In this document: one piece after another, positions 7,749-16,949 of the stretch
Layout: the number at the start of each line of letters is the position of its first letter
How positions within the stretch are numbered: position 1 is the stretch's first letter
Assembly (NCBI GenBank): GCA_964615585.1
Contig: CAZTNS010000003.1
Location: 1 to 56,937 of the forward strand
DNA length: 56,937 nt
DNA from: an uncultured Bacteroidales bacterium
GTDB lineage: Bacteria > Bacteroidota > Bacteroidia > Bacteroidales > ML635J-15
Direction: 5' to 3'
Position numbers and translations under genes: made by a program
The notes under the pieces: model-generated
The model's database searches: none
What the model saw: only the letters and a program-made list of their open reading frames with translations
What the model was told of the DNA's origin: nothing

Positions 7749-8574
7749 ACAACAACATCTAACTCCGGAGCAAATTGCCAGATGTGCTGATGCCATCAAC
7801 AGCGATACTTATACACATTTGCCTGAGTTCATGCGTTTCCATTTGCTGGAGTGTAATCAATGTGCTGCAGAAGTTGTGAACGTGGCTGTAATGTCTTCAG
7901 ACATGGAAAATGTCAGTATCCCTGAATTGGAAAGCAAAAATGCCCGCATGTATAGGTTCCGAAAGAGTGCAAATAAAAAATTACTGTTTGGAATAGCTGC
8001 GTCAGTAGCAATAATTGCCTTTGCATTATTAATAACTTTACCCAGAGATAACGCTCTCTATGATCAAAATGAAATTGTGAGTAAACAAGATATCCCTGCT
8101 GGTGATGACAGTATGACCCATTATGCCGTTCGGACAACCAACGAGCCAGAAGAAAAGGCTGCCGTGGCGAATGCCCCGCATTTCCCCCGTGATTATGTAT
8201 CTGATACAAATGACATGAAGGAATCTGTATCCAATAAGCGTGAAAACGAATTGCTGGCGGATTATGAACCCCGGCCAAAGCTTGAAAAACTGTATGAAAA
8301 TATGCAAGGTGGTTACAGGGGCGGATCTACAGAGGTGATAACACCGCCCGAATTGTATTGCAATGAAGAAATAAGCCTGCAATGGAAGAATGACTCCCGA
8401 CAGACTTTAATCGTGGAGATTTTCGACAATAAAGGAGTTGAAATTATTTCAAATAGAACTACCTGTAATAATTATAAATTACCTCAGCTGAATCCCGGTT
8501 TATATTACTGGAAACTTATTGACAAAGATTTTGAACTGCTTTTTGTCGGGAAGCTAATTGTAAGAAATGAATAA
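7735..8574 (+). CDS. Zinc-binding (ZAS-type) membrane anti-sigma factor, putative
   Basis: N-terminal HLTPEQI...HLLECNQC (HxxxCxxC), one TM helix LLFGIAASVAIIAFALLITL, C-terminal Ig-like beta domain (PGLYYWKL). Confidence 0.65.
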   Translation: MMQNKQQHLTPEQIARCADAINSDTYTHLPEFMRFHLLECNQCAAEVVNVAVMSSDMENVSIPELESKNARMYRFRKSANKKLLFGIAASVAIIAFALLITLPRDNALYDQNEIVSKQDIPAGDDSMTHYAVRTTNEPEEKAAVANAPHFPRDYVSDTNDMKESVSNKRENELLADYEPRPKLEKLYENMQGGYRGGSTEVITPPELYCNEEISLQWKNDSRQTLIVEIFDNKGVEIISNRTTCNNYKLPQLNPGLYYWKLIDKDFELLFVGKLIVRNE

Positions 8575-8689
8575 GGATATTTTAAATTATTGGATTAAAG
8601 ATAACATATTTTTTTCAAAAAGTTATGTTATGTGCAACAAAATTAAAAAGAAAAAGAACATATATTATTTACCTTAAAAATTTTGAAAA

Positions 8690-9442
8690 ATGAAAAAAAT
8701 TAGTTTGATTTTATCAGTTTTGACTGCATTTGCACTTATGACTTTTCTGTTCAGTGCATGTAACAAAGATGAGGAACCGGAAGAGCCGGAAGTTAGCTTT
8801 GATATTTCCAAAAATTATTACAAAGCCCCGGTGGAAGTTAGTTTCACGAACACCAGTGAGGCAAATGATTATACCATCTCTTCCTGGGAATGGGATTTTG
8901 GTGATGATGAAACCTCCACGGAAAAAAGCGCTACACATGAATACACCGAGGCGGGATATCACCATGTTACATTAAAAGCCAACTATGGTGATGGAGAAGA
9001 GAAATATGGAAATGGATATGTTACGGTTTATGGAGATATCACAGGCTGGACTCCCGATGATGTTGATCTTTATAAAGACGCCTGGGCTGATGAAGATCTG
9101 CCCGTTTCTGCTTACCTGGTGTTAAGAGATGCTCAGGGAAACATTTATCATTATTCAGATAGCGAAACATTCAAAACCTGGAGTGAACTTGATGCAGATC
9201 ATCCCCCAATTGGAATTTCAATAAATGGTTATGGGGAACAAGCATTATCATCAGGACAGATAACATTTGAGCTTTTGGAATACGATGGCGGCGAAACAGT
9301 AAATCCTGACAGTGATCGTGAAATATACAGTGTTACGATTAATGGTTCTGATTTTATGCCTGAAAATGAAGAGGGCCCATACATGCCTATTTACAATCCT
9401 TCTGAGCCGGTTAGCATGGGAATTGACTGGCTGGTAGATTAA
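8690..9442 (+). CDS. PKD domain-containing lipoprotein
   Basis: Lipobox FSAC followed by an acidic NKDEE tether; PKD motif VSFTNTS...SWEWDFGDD...HEYTEAGYHHVTL. Confidence 0.85.
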   Translation: MKKISLILSVLTAFALMTFLFSACNKDEEPEEPEVSFDISKNYYKAPVEVSFTNTSEANDYTISSWEWDFGDDETSTEKSATHEYTEAGYHHVTLKANYGDGEEKYGNGYVTVYGDITGWTPDDVDLYKDAWADEDLPVSAYLVLRDAQGNIYHYSDSETFKTWSELDADHPPIGISINGYGEQALSSGQITFELLEYDGGETVNPDSDREIYSVTINGSDFMPENEEGPYMPIYNPSEPVSMGIDWLVD

Positions 9443-9476
9443 TTTATAATTCATATTACAATTCATGATCAATTAT

Positions 9477-9515
9477 AAAACACTTTCGGAATATTATTCC
9501 GGAGGTGTTTTTTTT
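9477..9515 (+). terminator. Intrinsic terminator
   Basis: aaaacactttcggaat-att-attccggaggtgtttttttt. Confidence 0.8.
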
Positions 9516-9683
9516 ATTCCATCCCTCAAATCCTGCCTTTGCTTAGAGCAACGCCAACGCTAATCAGAGTCTGTCCCGACGGGGCTGAGCAAGAGTTATT
9601 ACTGACCGTGAAGTGGTCAAATATGCACTTAAACATAAGTTTATGCCCATAGAAGTTATACCATCAATAAACTGAAAGGTGAT

Positions 9684-9890
9684 ATGGATGACATGCAGGA
9701 TGCTACTCAGGAAAAATTTGTTCATTTGGCCGGTTCTTTCCGTAAGAATCAGGGGAAACCTGAATTTGAAAAGGAAGTAAACGAATGCATCCAAAATTGG
9801 GAGAGAATACTGAATGAATATGTTCACGGAAAAGCTGCTGATACTAATGATCAAAACGTGTTTGCCTTGTATTATAACAGAAGTTTATAA
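9684..9890 (+). pseudogene. Short ORF, possibly a fragment of a decayed gene
   Basis: 68-aa ORF with protein-like composition; upstream open stretches in other frames; no family recognised. Confidence 0.25.
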
Positions 9891-10262
9891 ATAATTTTAT
9901 GTATTTCTCCTGACATTCAATCAGTTACAACCTAACTAATTGAATATTAGAGACCACAAAAAAAATAACTCAAAGAACACTAAGTTATCTCAATAATATC
10001 TTTTTTGTTATGCAAATGTAAATCAATAATTTATAAAAATCAAATATTGACCACAAAAATAGTGAAAAAACATATTATTACACTGACTTGCAGCGACATA
10101 AGTTGAATTTTGCTATAAACTTCCGTTATAATCTGGCTGCAGCCCATTACATGATTGGGGAGTAGGAAATAGGGTTTGATTAACGGTTCATATTAACAAA
10201 AAGGGTAGTGTTGCATGTACTGCCTCCGGCGCAAAATCTGAAACAGCATGTTTTTATAACAC

Positions 10263-10290
10263 AAAAACCCACACGAGGGTGGGTTGGGTT
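10263..10290 (-). terminator. Intrinsic terminator downstream of DUF2795
   Basis: Minus strand aacccac-cctcgt-gtgggttttt. Confidence 0.65.
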
Positions 10291-10315
10291 AATAATCTTA
10301 AGGCGTCAAATCACC

Positions 10316-10537
10316 TTAATACTCATCTTCATTGAAGAAAAAATCATCTTTGCTGGGGTAATCCGGCCAGATGTCTTCAATGCTGTCGTATGATTCACCT
10401 TCATCTTCAATTTCCTGAAGGTTTTCAATCACTTCGAGCGGTGCCCCCGAACGGATGGCATAGTCGATGAGTTCTTCCTTGGTTGCTGGCCAGGGGGCGT
10501 CTTCAAGTTTTGATGCTAATTCAAGAGTCCAATACAT
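10316..10537 (-). CDS. DUF2795 domain-containing protein
   Basis: MYWTLELASKLEDAPWPATKEELIDYAIRSGAP...WPDYP...FFFNEDEY; highly conserved small Bacteroidota protein. Confidence 0.92.
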   Translation of the reverse strand: MYWTLELASKLEDAPWPATKEELIDYAIRSGAPLEVIENLQEIEDEGESYDSIEDIWPDYPSKDDFFFNEDEY

Positions 10538-10597
10538 AAAAAATTGCTTTTCTATCCGTTTTTTTCAGGACTGCGAATTTAAAAAAAATATTAATAC

Positions 10598-11158
10598 TCA
10601 AACATTCTTTTTCCATAAAATATCAACAATTTTTTTTTTGTGCGCTGTATATCGTGCCAGAACAAAGAAGTAATCGGACAAGCGGTTCAAAAAAGAAATG
10701 ATAAAATTGTTGGTATTTTCTTTATCTGTAATTGCCACAACGTGTCTTTCTGCCCTCCGGCATACTGTGCGGGCAATATGACAGGAAACAACCTGTGGAT
10801 CGCCTGCAGGAAAGATAAAACCCCTAAGTTCGGGCAGATTTTTGTTCATAAAGTCAATTTCATGTTCAATAAATTGCACATGGTGTTCATCCATCGGGGG
10901 CAATTCTTTTTCCTTGTTTTTTGAGTTGTTGGAATCACAAGCAACGTGCGAACAGATAGAAAACAAGTCACTCTGTATTTTTGTCAATGTTTCTTTTTGT
11001 TGTTGAGGTAAATCGTATGCGTTTATCATCCCAACCCACGAGATAAGTTCGTCAATGGTGCCGTATGCCTCCAGTCTGGGATGATCTTTGCTTACTTTTT
11101 CACCGGTAAAAAGGCTGGTTTTTCCTTTATCACCGGTTTTTGTATAAATCTTAGTCAT
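10598..11158 (-). CDS. Cob(I)alamin / cob(I)yrinic acid a,c-diamide adenosyltransferase (PduO type)
   Basis: KIYTKTGDKGKT, EAYGTIDEL, HIARTVCRRAER, LNRLSDYFF motifs. Confidence 0.93.
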   Translation of the reverse strand: MTKIYTKTGDKGKTSLFTGEKVSKDHPRLEAYGTIDELISWVGMINAYDLPQQQKETLTKIQSDLFSICSHVACDSNNSKNKEKELPPMDEHHVQFIEHEIDFMNKNLPELRGFIFPAGDPQVVSCHIARTVCRRAERHVVAITDKENTNNFIISFLNRLSDYFFVLARYTAHKKKIVDILWKKNV

Positions 11159-11161
11159 GGT

Positions 11162-11872
11162 TTATGGGTTTACAAGGCTGATTGGATTTTCGTTTTGGGT
11201 GTCTGATTCTATTTTTCCATCCCGTAGCCGGACAATCCTTTGTGCATGCCTGGCGATATCTTCTTCGTGGGTAACCAACACCACCGTATTCCCGGCGTTG
11301 TGAATTTCCTCGAATAGCTGCATGATATCCAGGGAAGTTTTGGTGTCAAGGTTACCCGTAGGTTCGTCAGCGAGGATAATAGCGGGTTTGTTCACAAGTG
11401 CCCTGGCAACAGCGACACGTTGGCGCTGTCCACCGGAAAGCTCATTGGGTTTGTGATGCATGCGGTCTGCAAGCCCGACGGATGACAACACTTCCTTAGC
11501 CCTTTGTTCCCTTTCTTTCTTTTTTATCCCGGCATAAACCAATGGTAACATCACATTGTCCAAGGCATTAAACCGGGGAAGAAGGTTGAAAACCTGAAAA
11601 ATAAACCCGATTTCCTGGTTACGAATTTCTGCCAGCTCATTGTCAGTCATCTGGCTTACGTTGGTGCCGTTAAGTATGTATTCTCCTTTTGTTAAAGAAT
11701 CAAGGCACCCTATAATGTTCATGAGGGTGGATTTTCCGCTGCCGGAAGGCCCCATAACGGCCACATATTCATTCTTTTTGATGTTCAGGTCTATGGAGCG
11801 TAATGCTTTGACAGTCTGAACGCCCATTTCGTAATGCTTGACCAGTTTCTGAAGTTGGATGATATCTTCCAT
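11162..11872 (-). CDS. ABC transporter ATP-binding protein (LolD/MacB-like)
   Basis: [38 protein letters not shown]. Confidence 0.95.
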   Translation of the reverse strand: MEDIIQLQKLVKHYEMGVQTVKALRSIDLNIKKNEYVAVMGPSGSGKSTLMNIIGCLDSLTKGEYILNGTNVSQMTDNELAEIRNQEIGFIFQVFNLLPRFNALDNVMLPLVYAGIKKKEREQRAKEVLSSVGLADRMHHKPNELSGGQRQRVAVARALVNKPAIILADEPTGNLDTKTSLDIMQLFEEIHNAGNTVVLVTHEEDIARHAQRIVRLRDGKIESDTQNENPISLVNP

Positions 11873-11942
11873 GTTGATGCTGTCAATGCTTTTTTTGACT
11901 TGTTTTAGTTAGTTATATGCTATATTTTAAACGTATGATCAA

Positions 11943-14117
11943 TCATAAATTTTCCATCAAAAAGTTCGTCATTTTAGTGTACAGGTGTAACCTGGCGTTT
12001 CCTCCGTATATCCCGTGGTCCCTGTTCGGATAAGCCATCATCTCAAAATGCTTATTGGCAGCCACCAATTTGTTGATGTAATCCATGCTGTTCTGAAAAT
12101 GCACGTTATCATCTGCTGTGCCGTGCACAAGCAAAAGCTCGCCCTCAAGTTTACCAATATGATTGATGGGAGAATTGTCGTCGTATCCACCGGCGTTGTC
12201 CTGTGGCAATCCATTGTAGCGTTCGGTATATATGGTATCGTAATATCTCCAGTTGGTTACCGGTGCCACTGCAATTCCTGCCTTGAAATGCGCTGCACCT
12301 TTGGTCAGGCATAAATTGGTCAGGTATCCGCCGTAACTCCATCCGAAAATACCAATGCGTTTCTCGTCAATATATTTACGTTCAGCCAGTTGTTTTGCAC
12401 ATGTGATGAGGTCCTCGGTTTCGTATTTGCCTAGTTCTTCATAAGTAATTTGTTTGAAGTCCCTGCCACGAAACCCCGTTCCCCGGTTATCCACCGACAC
12501 AACGATATATCCTTTTTGAGCCAGCAATTGCCACCATCCGTTGTTGTGATCCCAGGCATCTGCTACCGTTTGTGAGCCGGGGCCTCCGTAGGTATAAATC
12601 AATACGGGGTAAGATTTCCTTTTTTTGAAATCCGGTGGTTTTATCATCCATGCATTCAGGTCTGTTTCACCATCGGCTGCTTTGAGCGTAAAAAACTCTT
12701 TTTTGACAAAACCAAAATCTTTCATGGTTTCTTTCATGCCTTTGTTTTCTTTCAGCAAGCGGACAAATTCAGTGTTTTTACGGTGAAGACTGACAGTAAG
12801 CGGGGTGTTGGCATCGGTGTGTTCCTCGATGTAATATTTATAGCCTTTGCTGAATTTGAATGCTGTGGTTCCGGTTTTTTCATTCAGTTTTTTCTTTTGT
12901 TTTCCATCTTTATTGATGGCATATACATTACGTTGCAGTGGCGAGGTTTCTGTTGATTGATAATAGCACAACTCTTCATTGGTATCGTACCCATAAAAAT
13001 CAGTCACTTCCCAATTTCCGGATGTAATCTGATTTTGTAATTCCCCGTCCATGTTATAACGGTACAAATGCCGAAACCCACTTTCTGAATGCGTCATCAC
13101 AAAATGTTCTCCGTCCGGCAGAAATGTCACATCATCATGCAACTCGATGTAATTTTCGGCGTTGAGGGAGAGGATGATGTTGGATGCATTGCTTTCTGCA
13201 TTTACCTTATGGAGATTGTATTCATTTTGTAGCCTGTTCATGCTGACAACAGCAAACTCAGATGGATTTGCTGTTTGATAAATGCGGGGCACATAAAATT
13301 CGCCTTCCGTGTCAAGCTTAACATGTTGAGTTTTTCCTGATTGAATATCGTAAATATGCACACTGACTTCAGAATTTTCTTCACCAGCCTTGGGGTATTT
13401 ATATTTGTATTGGTCAGGGTATAGGTTCCCGTATATTGGCATGTTAAATTCTTTGACATTGCTTTCGTCTGTTTTTAAAAAAGCAATGTATTGGTTGTTT
13501 TTTGACCAGGTATAGGCTTTTGCAAAACTGAATTCTTCTTCATATACCCAGTCCGGGATGCCATTGATAATTTTGTTTTTTTCGCCGTCATCCGTGATTT
13601 GTGTGGTTTGTTTGGTTTCAATGTCATATAGATACATGTTATTGTCCAGCACATAACTAACGTAATTTCCTTGCGGCGAAAATACGGCTGCCTGGATTTT
13701 GTTTCCTTCACTCACGGGGGCAATGGAATTATTTTCTCTGTTAAAAATATGAAAGTTTGCTTTATATGAATGCCTGTAAATGGATTTATGGCCTGTGGCA
13801 ATCAACATGAGGTTTTCATCTTTACTGAATTTATAGTCGAATATCCACTCGTTTTCATACGTGTCTTCAAAATTACCGAGTTTAAAAATGACACTGTCTT
13901 TTTCACCGGTTTCATAATCTGCCATTAGAATGCTGTTGCGGGTCATGTTAAGCCTGGTAAAATGTTTGCCATCGTCCATGCTGCGAATTCCACGAACCAT
14001 GCCCGGCTGAAATCGTCCTTTTGACCAAATGTCTTCCAGTGTGATTTCTTTCTGTGCAAAAATTGGTGTTGCAATCAACAATACCAATAGGCTGATGATA
14101 GTACTATGTGTTTTCAT
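11943..14117 (-). CDS. dpp4: Dipeptidyl-peptidase IV (S9B family)
   Basis: Signal peptide; DWVYEEE motif; GWSYGG nucleophile; HGTADDNVH; NRDH catalytic His. Confidence 0.93.
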   Translation of the reverse strand: MKTHSTIISLLVLLIATPIFAQKEITLEDIWSKGRFQPGMVRGIRSMDDGKHFTRLNMTRNSILMADYETGEKDSVIFKLGNFEDTYENEWIFDYKFSKDENLMLIATGHKSIYRHSYKANFHIFNRENNSIAPVSEGNKIQAAVFSPQGNYVSYVLDNNMYLYDIETKQTTQITDDGEKNKIINGIPDWVYEEEFSFAKAYTWSKNNQYIAFLKTDESNVKEFNMPIYGNLYPDQYKYKYPKAGEENSEVSVHIYDIQSGKTQHVKLDTEGEFYVPRIYQTANPSEFAVVSMNRLQNEYNLHKVNAESNASNIILSLNAENYIELHDDVTFLPDGEHFVMTHSESGFRHLYRYNMDGELQNQITSGNWEVTDFYGYDTNEELCYYQSTETSPLQRNVYAINKDGKQKKKLNEKTGTTAFKFSKGYKYYIEEHTDANTPLTVSLHRKNTEFVRLLKENKGMKETMKDFGFVKKEFFTLKAADGETDLNAWMIKPPDFKKRKSYPVLIYTYGGPGSQTVADAWDHNNGWWQLLAQKGYIVVSVDNRGTGFRGRDFKQITYEELGKYETEDLITCAKQLAERKYIDEKRIGIFGWSYGGYLTNLCLTKGAAHFKAGIAVAPVTNWRYYDTIYTERYNGLPQDNAGGYDDNSPINHIGKLEGELLLVHGTADDNVHFQNSMDYINKLVAANKHFEMMAYPNRDHGIYGGNARLHLYTKMTNFLMENL

Positions 14118-14145
14118 TTTTTTGTTTTATTTAAAGATTTCCAAA

Positions 14146-14153
14146 CAAAAGTA
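14146..14153 (-). promoter_or_regulatory. -7 promoter box TACTTTTG upstream of dpp4
   Basis: Matches TAnnTTTG about 30 bp upstream of the ATG. Confidence 0.55.
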
Positions 14154-14312
14154 ACAATTTTCCTGCCGAAAATGACAGGGCTGTACATATTTTACAGACA
14201 AAAAAATATTACGCCTGTGCTAGATGTTTAGTAATCTAAACTTTTAAATAAAACTCATTTTACTTTTCATTGCTTTGATGGGATTTAGTGTTACCGTCAT
14301 CCGTCGGCACAG

Positions 14313-14354
14313 CTTTGGTGCTTTAGTGGCATATTTTTTTTGCCACCAAAACAT
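14313..14354. repeat. Palindromic REP-like element (CCACNAAGNCAC family)
   Basis: tttggtgctttagtggca-tatttttt-tgccaccaaa; related to the element at 47988-48082. Confidence 0.5.
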
Positions 14355-14511
14355 CCCGATACGCTCATGCCCTGTTAAAAATTGCTTCGCATTTCACAGG
14401 AGAAACTTCGCTACAGAACAGACAAAATTTCAAAATTCCACTAAATAGTGTCCATCTATAACGTCCGAATGATTAGCTATCAAAAATCACAAAACCTGTC
14501 CGGCAAAGAAG

Positions 14512-14559
14512 GAAGTCGGGAGTTATGAGTATTGCTTTGGACTCCGAACTTAGGACTTC
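14512..14559. repeat. Inverted degenerate heptamer repeats forming a hairpin
   Basis: gaagtc-gggagtt-atgagt versus actccg-aacttag-gacttc (reverse complement gaagtc-ctaagtt-cggagt). Confidence 0.45.
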
Positions 14560-14706
14560 AGTATATTCAGTTCTAATTATTTAATTATAGATAAATATTC
14601 GACTTTATCGGCAAGCTCTAAATAGTTTTACAATAACAGGTTTATTGTTTTTAAAAAGTCTGTATTTTAGGAGCACAACAGTCGATCTTATTTTGATAAA
14701 AGCGGA

Positions 14707-15402
14707 TTATCCGTGGTTTTCTACCATTTTCTCAAGTTTTTTAAACGATCCGAGGAATTTGTTTATGCCAAAGGGTTTTCCATGGCCCGGGTAAAAATGT
14801 TTTGTCCCGTATTCGTTCAGGATATGCCATGATTTAAGCAGTGCCTTTTTATCGTTGATAAACGGCGGGATAACATGCCTTGAAAACTTCAGGTTAAAAC
14901 AGGTATCCCCGGTAAAGGCGTTGCCGTTCTCAAACAATACAGAGACAGAACCTTTGGTGTGTCCGGGGGTAGGGATGATAAAAGCCGAAAAACCATAAGG
15001 ACGCAGGTCTGTCTTATATTGAATGGTTTCATCAGCTTTCACATTGGTAAATTTCATACGACGCGGAAACAATTTGAACAACCTGATTCCCAATTTCGCA
15101 ACAAAAGTAACAGGGTCAGGCAACACAACCTCAGCGTTCTCAATGATGGCTGCTTCAGATTTGTGTATGACAATCCGTGCATTGGTCAAAAATTTCAAAA
15201 ACTCCAGGTTACCTGCATGGTCGTAATGAGCATGGGTAATGACAATGATTTTAACTTTGCAGGGAGAAATATTATGCTTCCGCATGAAGCGCAGGATTTT
15301 TTTACTTTTTTTTGGAATCCCTGTATCAATAAGCATCCAGCCGGTTGCCGAACGTATGAAATAAAGGTTAGCGTTCCCGAGTTTTAATCGTCGTATATTC
15401 AT
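14707..15402 (-). CDS. MBL-fold metallo-hydrolase (glyoxalase II-like)
   Basis: 231 aa from ATG 15402 (MNIRRLKLG); LIDTG, THAHYDHAG (HxHxDH), TPGHT, FTGD, PGHG. Confidence 0.9.
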   Translation of the reverse strand: MNIRRLKLGNANLYFIRSATGWMLIDTGIPKKSKKILRFMRKHNISPCKVKIIVITHAHYDHAGNLEFLKFLTNARIVIHKSEAAIIENAEVVLPDPVTFVAKLGIRLFKLFPRRMKFTNVKADETIQYKTDLRPYGFSAFIIPTPGHTKGSVSVLFENGNAFTGDTCFNLKFSRHVIPPFINDKKALLKSWHILNEYGTKHFYPGHGKPFGINKFLGSFKKLEKMVENHG

Positions 15403-15499
15403 ATTGTTTTCTTTCTTTGGCGTAAAATATAAAAATAATGCAACGTGACCATGGTAATATGTGTTTTTAATTTGAATCATTTTTTGTAATATTGAAAAC

Positions 15500-16126
15500 G
15501 TGAAAAAAACTGGATTCATATTGTTGCTGATTAGTGTGCCGGTCATTTTATGTGCCCAACTGGAAGAATCATTTGAAAAGAAAAACACCATTACAGGCGG
15601 CATGTTTATGAAGGTTGACAGCATGTCGGATAAACGCATGAGTTTTTGGCCTGAAATATACGGCACCTACGAATCCAATTTATCGGAACGGCTGGCGGGT
15701 TTTTTCCGGATGAATGTCATCATCCCTGCAACCATAAATTATCAGAAGGCAGATGTGTATGGTGATGTCATTTCAAAACAACATGCCAGGGGGTTTGGAA
15801 TGACGCTGGGGGCAAGATATTATATCCTTGATGTTATGAAGGGTTTTTATGTCGGTCCCTCCTTTATGTTTTACCGGTATAATCATACTTATGAGTATGA
15901 AAATCGTATCACCGATGATGAGTATTCAATAACTTCGCTGAGAGGCAGCATGGTTTTAGGGTATCAGCATGTGTACAAAAACGGTTTTACAATTCATGCT
16001 TATGCAGGTATTATGCTTGACCATAAAAGCTATGCCAGGTTTATTTCGCTTATCGAAACGGTTCCTGCCGGCAGCACGAATTTGATAAAACCGGATGTTG
16101 GTTTGTCTTTTGGATATTATTTTTAA
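15500..16126 (+). CDS. Outer-membrane beta-barrel protein (DUF3575-like)
   Basis: Signal peptide, alternating beta strands (GARYY, GFYVGP, LGYQH), C-terminal GLSFGYYF BAM signal. Confidence 0.75.
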   Translation: MKKTGFILLLISVPVILCAQLEESFEKKNTITGGMFMKVDSMSDKRMSFWPEIYGTYESNLSERLAGFFRMNVIIPATINYQKADVYGDVISKQHARGFGMTLGARYYILDVMKGFYVGPSFMFYRYNHTYEYENRITDDEYSITSLRGSMVLGYQHVYKNGFTIHAYAGIMLDHKSYARFISLIETVPAGSTNLIKPDVGLSFGYYF

Positions 16127-16142
16127 CTTTATATAAAATTAC

Positions 16143-16883
16143 ATGACTATGAAAAAATCATTTCAAACAACCATTATCCTGATGTTAAGTGTTATTGTTT
16201 TGTTTTCATGCCAATCAAATCCAAAACAAAATGACACAAAAGACAACGAAATTATACCAAATCACGAATTGGTAAAAACCGACAACCTGGAAATCATTGA
16301 AAACAGTGAAAGCGATGTACAATGGGAAAACATCAGCAGGCAAAGTGTTACCATTGAAGGCTACCCCTTATCAAAATGCATAAAATTGCTTGTAGGGGAA
16401 ACCGGCGCTAAGGTTTTTGTTGAAGGGCTTGACCATGACCCCGTGATGTACATTGCTTACAGACCCGATGATATTTGGGAGGCTTCTGTTGATGAAAACC
16501 GCCGGAACCTTATTGAAAAACTGAAGGAGTTTTATAATTTTGCGATTGAAGATGCTGCAAGGGAGCTTGAAATATATACCTTAACAGGTTATGACAGCAC
16601 CAAACTGAGTAATGCAGGCGAAGATGTTGCAGGCACATCGATCAAATCGGTAAATAAAACCAAAACCTTTTCGAATTACAGTTTTGACCGATTTATGGAA
16701 GCTTTGGAAAAAGAATTTGATGTGGTTTTTATCTCCGGTGTTGATGACAACTCAAAATACAATTTTGAGACCATATCCATGGCCAATGTTGAACAAGCTC
16801 TCAATGATTTGAAACAGCAATACAACATGGAATTTAAAAAATCCAATGAGATGGCTGATGTAAAAATTGTGAGTTTTGAGTGA
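16143..16883 (+). CDS. Lipoprotein with DUF3738/TIGR03435-like C-terminal region
   Basis: Lipobox LFSC; ELEIYTL...TFSNYSFDRFMEALEKEFDVVFISGVDDNSKYNF resembles the DUF3738 pattern (by eye). Confidence 0.55.
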   Translation: MTMKKSFQTTIILMLSVIVLFSCQSNPKQNDTKDNEIIPNHELVKTDNLEIIENSESDVQWENISRQSVTIEGYPLSKCIKLLVGETGAKVFVEGLDHDPVMYIAYRPDDIWEASVDENRRNLIEKLKEFYNFAIEDAARELEIYTLTGYDSTKLSNAGEDVAGTSIKSVNKTKTFSNYSFDRFMEALEKEFDVVFISGVDDNSKYNFETISMANVEQALNDLKQQYNMEFKKSNEMADVKIVSFE

Positions 16884-16949
16884 GATACATAATTCAGTTG
16901 TTATAATACCTGTATTTTATTAAATTTGTACCTTATTATTGATTAAAAA

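Noticed and set aside
14707-15666. 319-aa version of the MBL hydrolase
   Set aside because: The N-terminal 88 codons overlap the divergent barrel gene and do not look MBL-like; ATG 15402 is the plausible start
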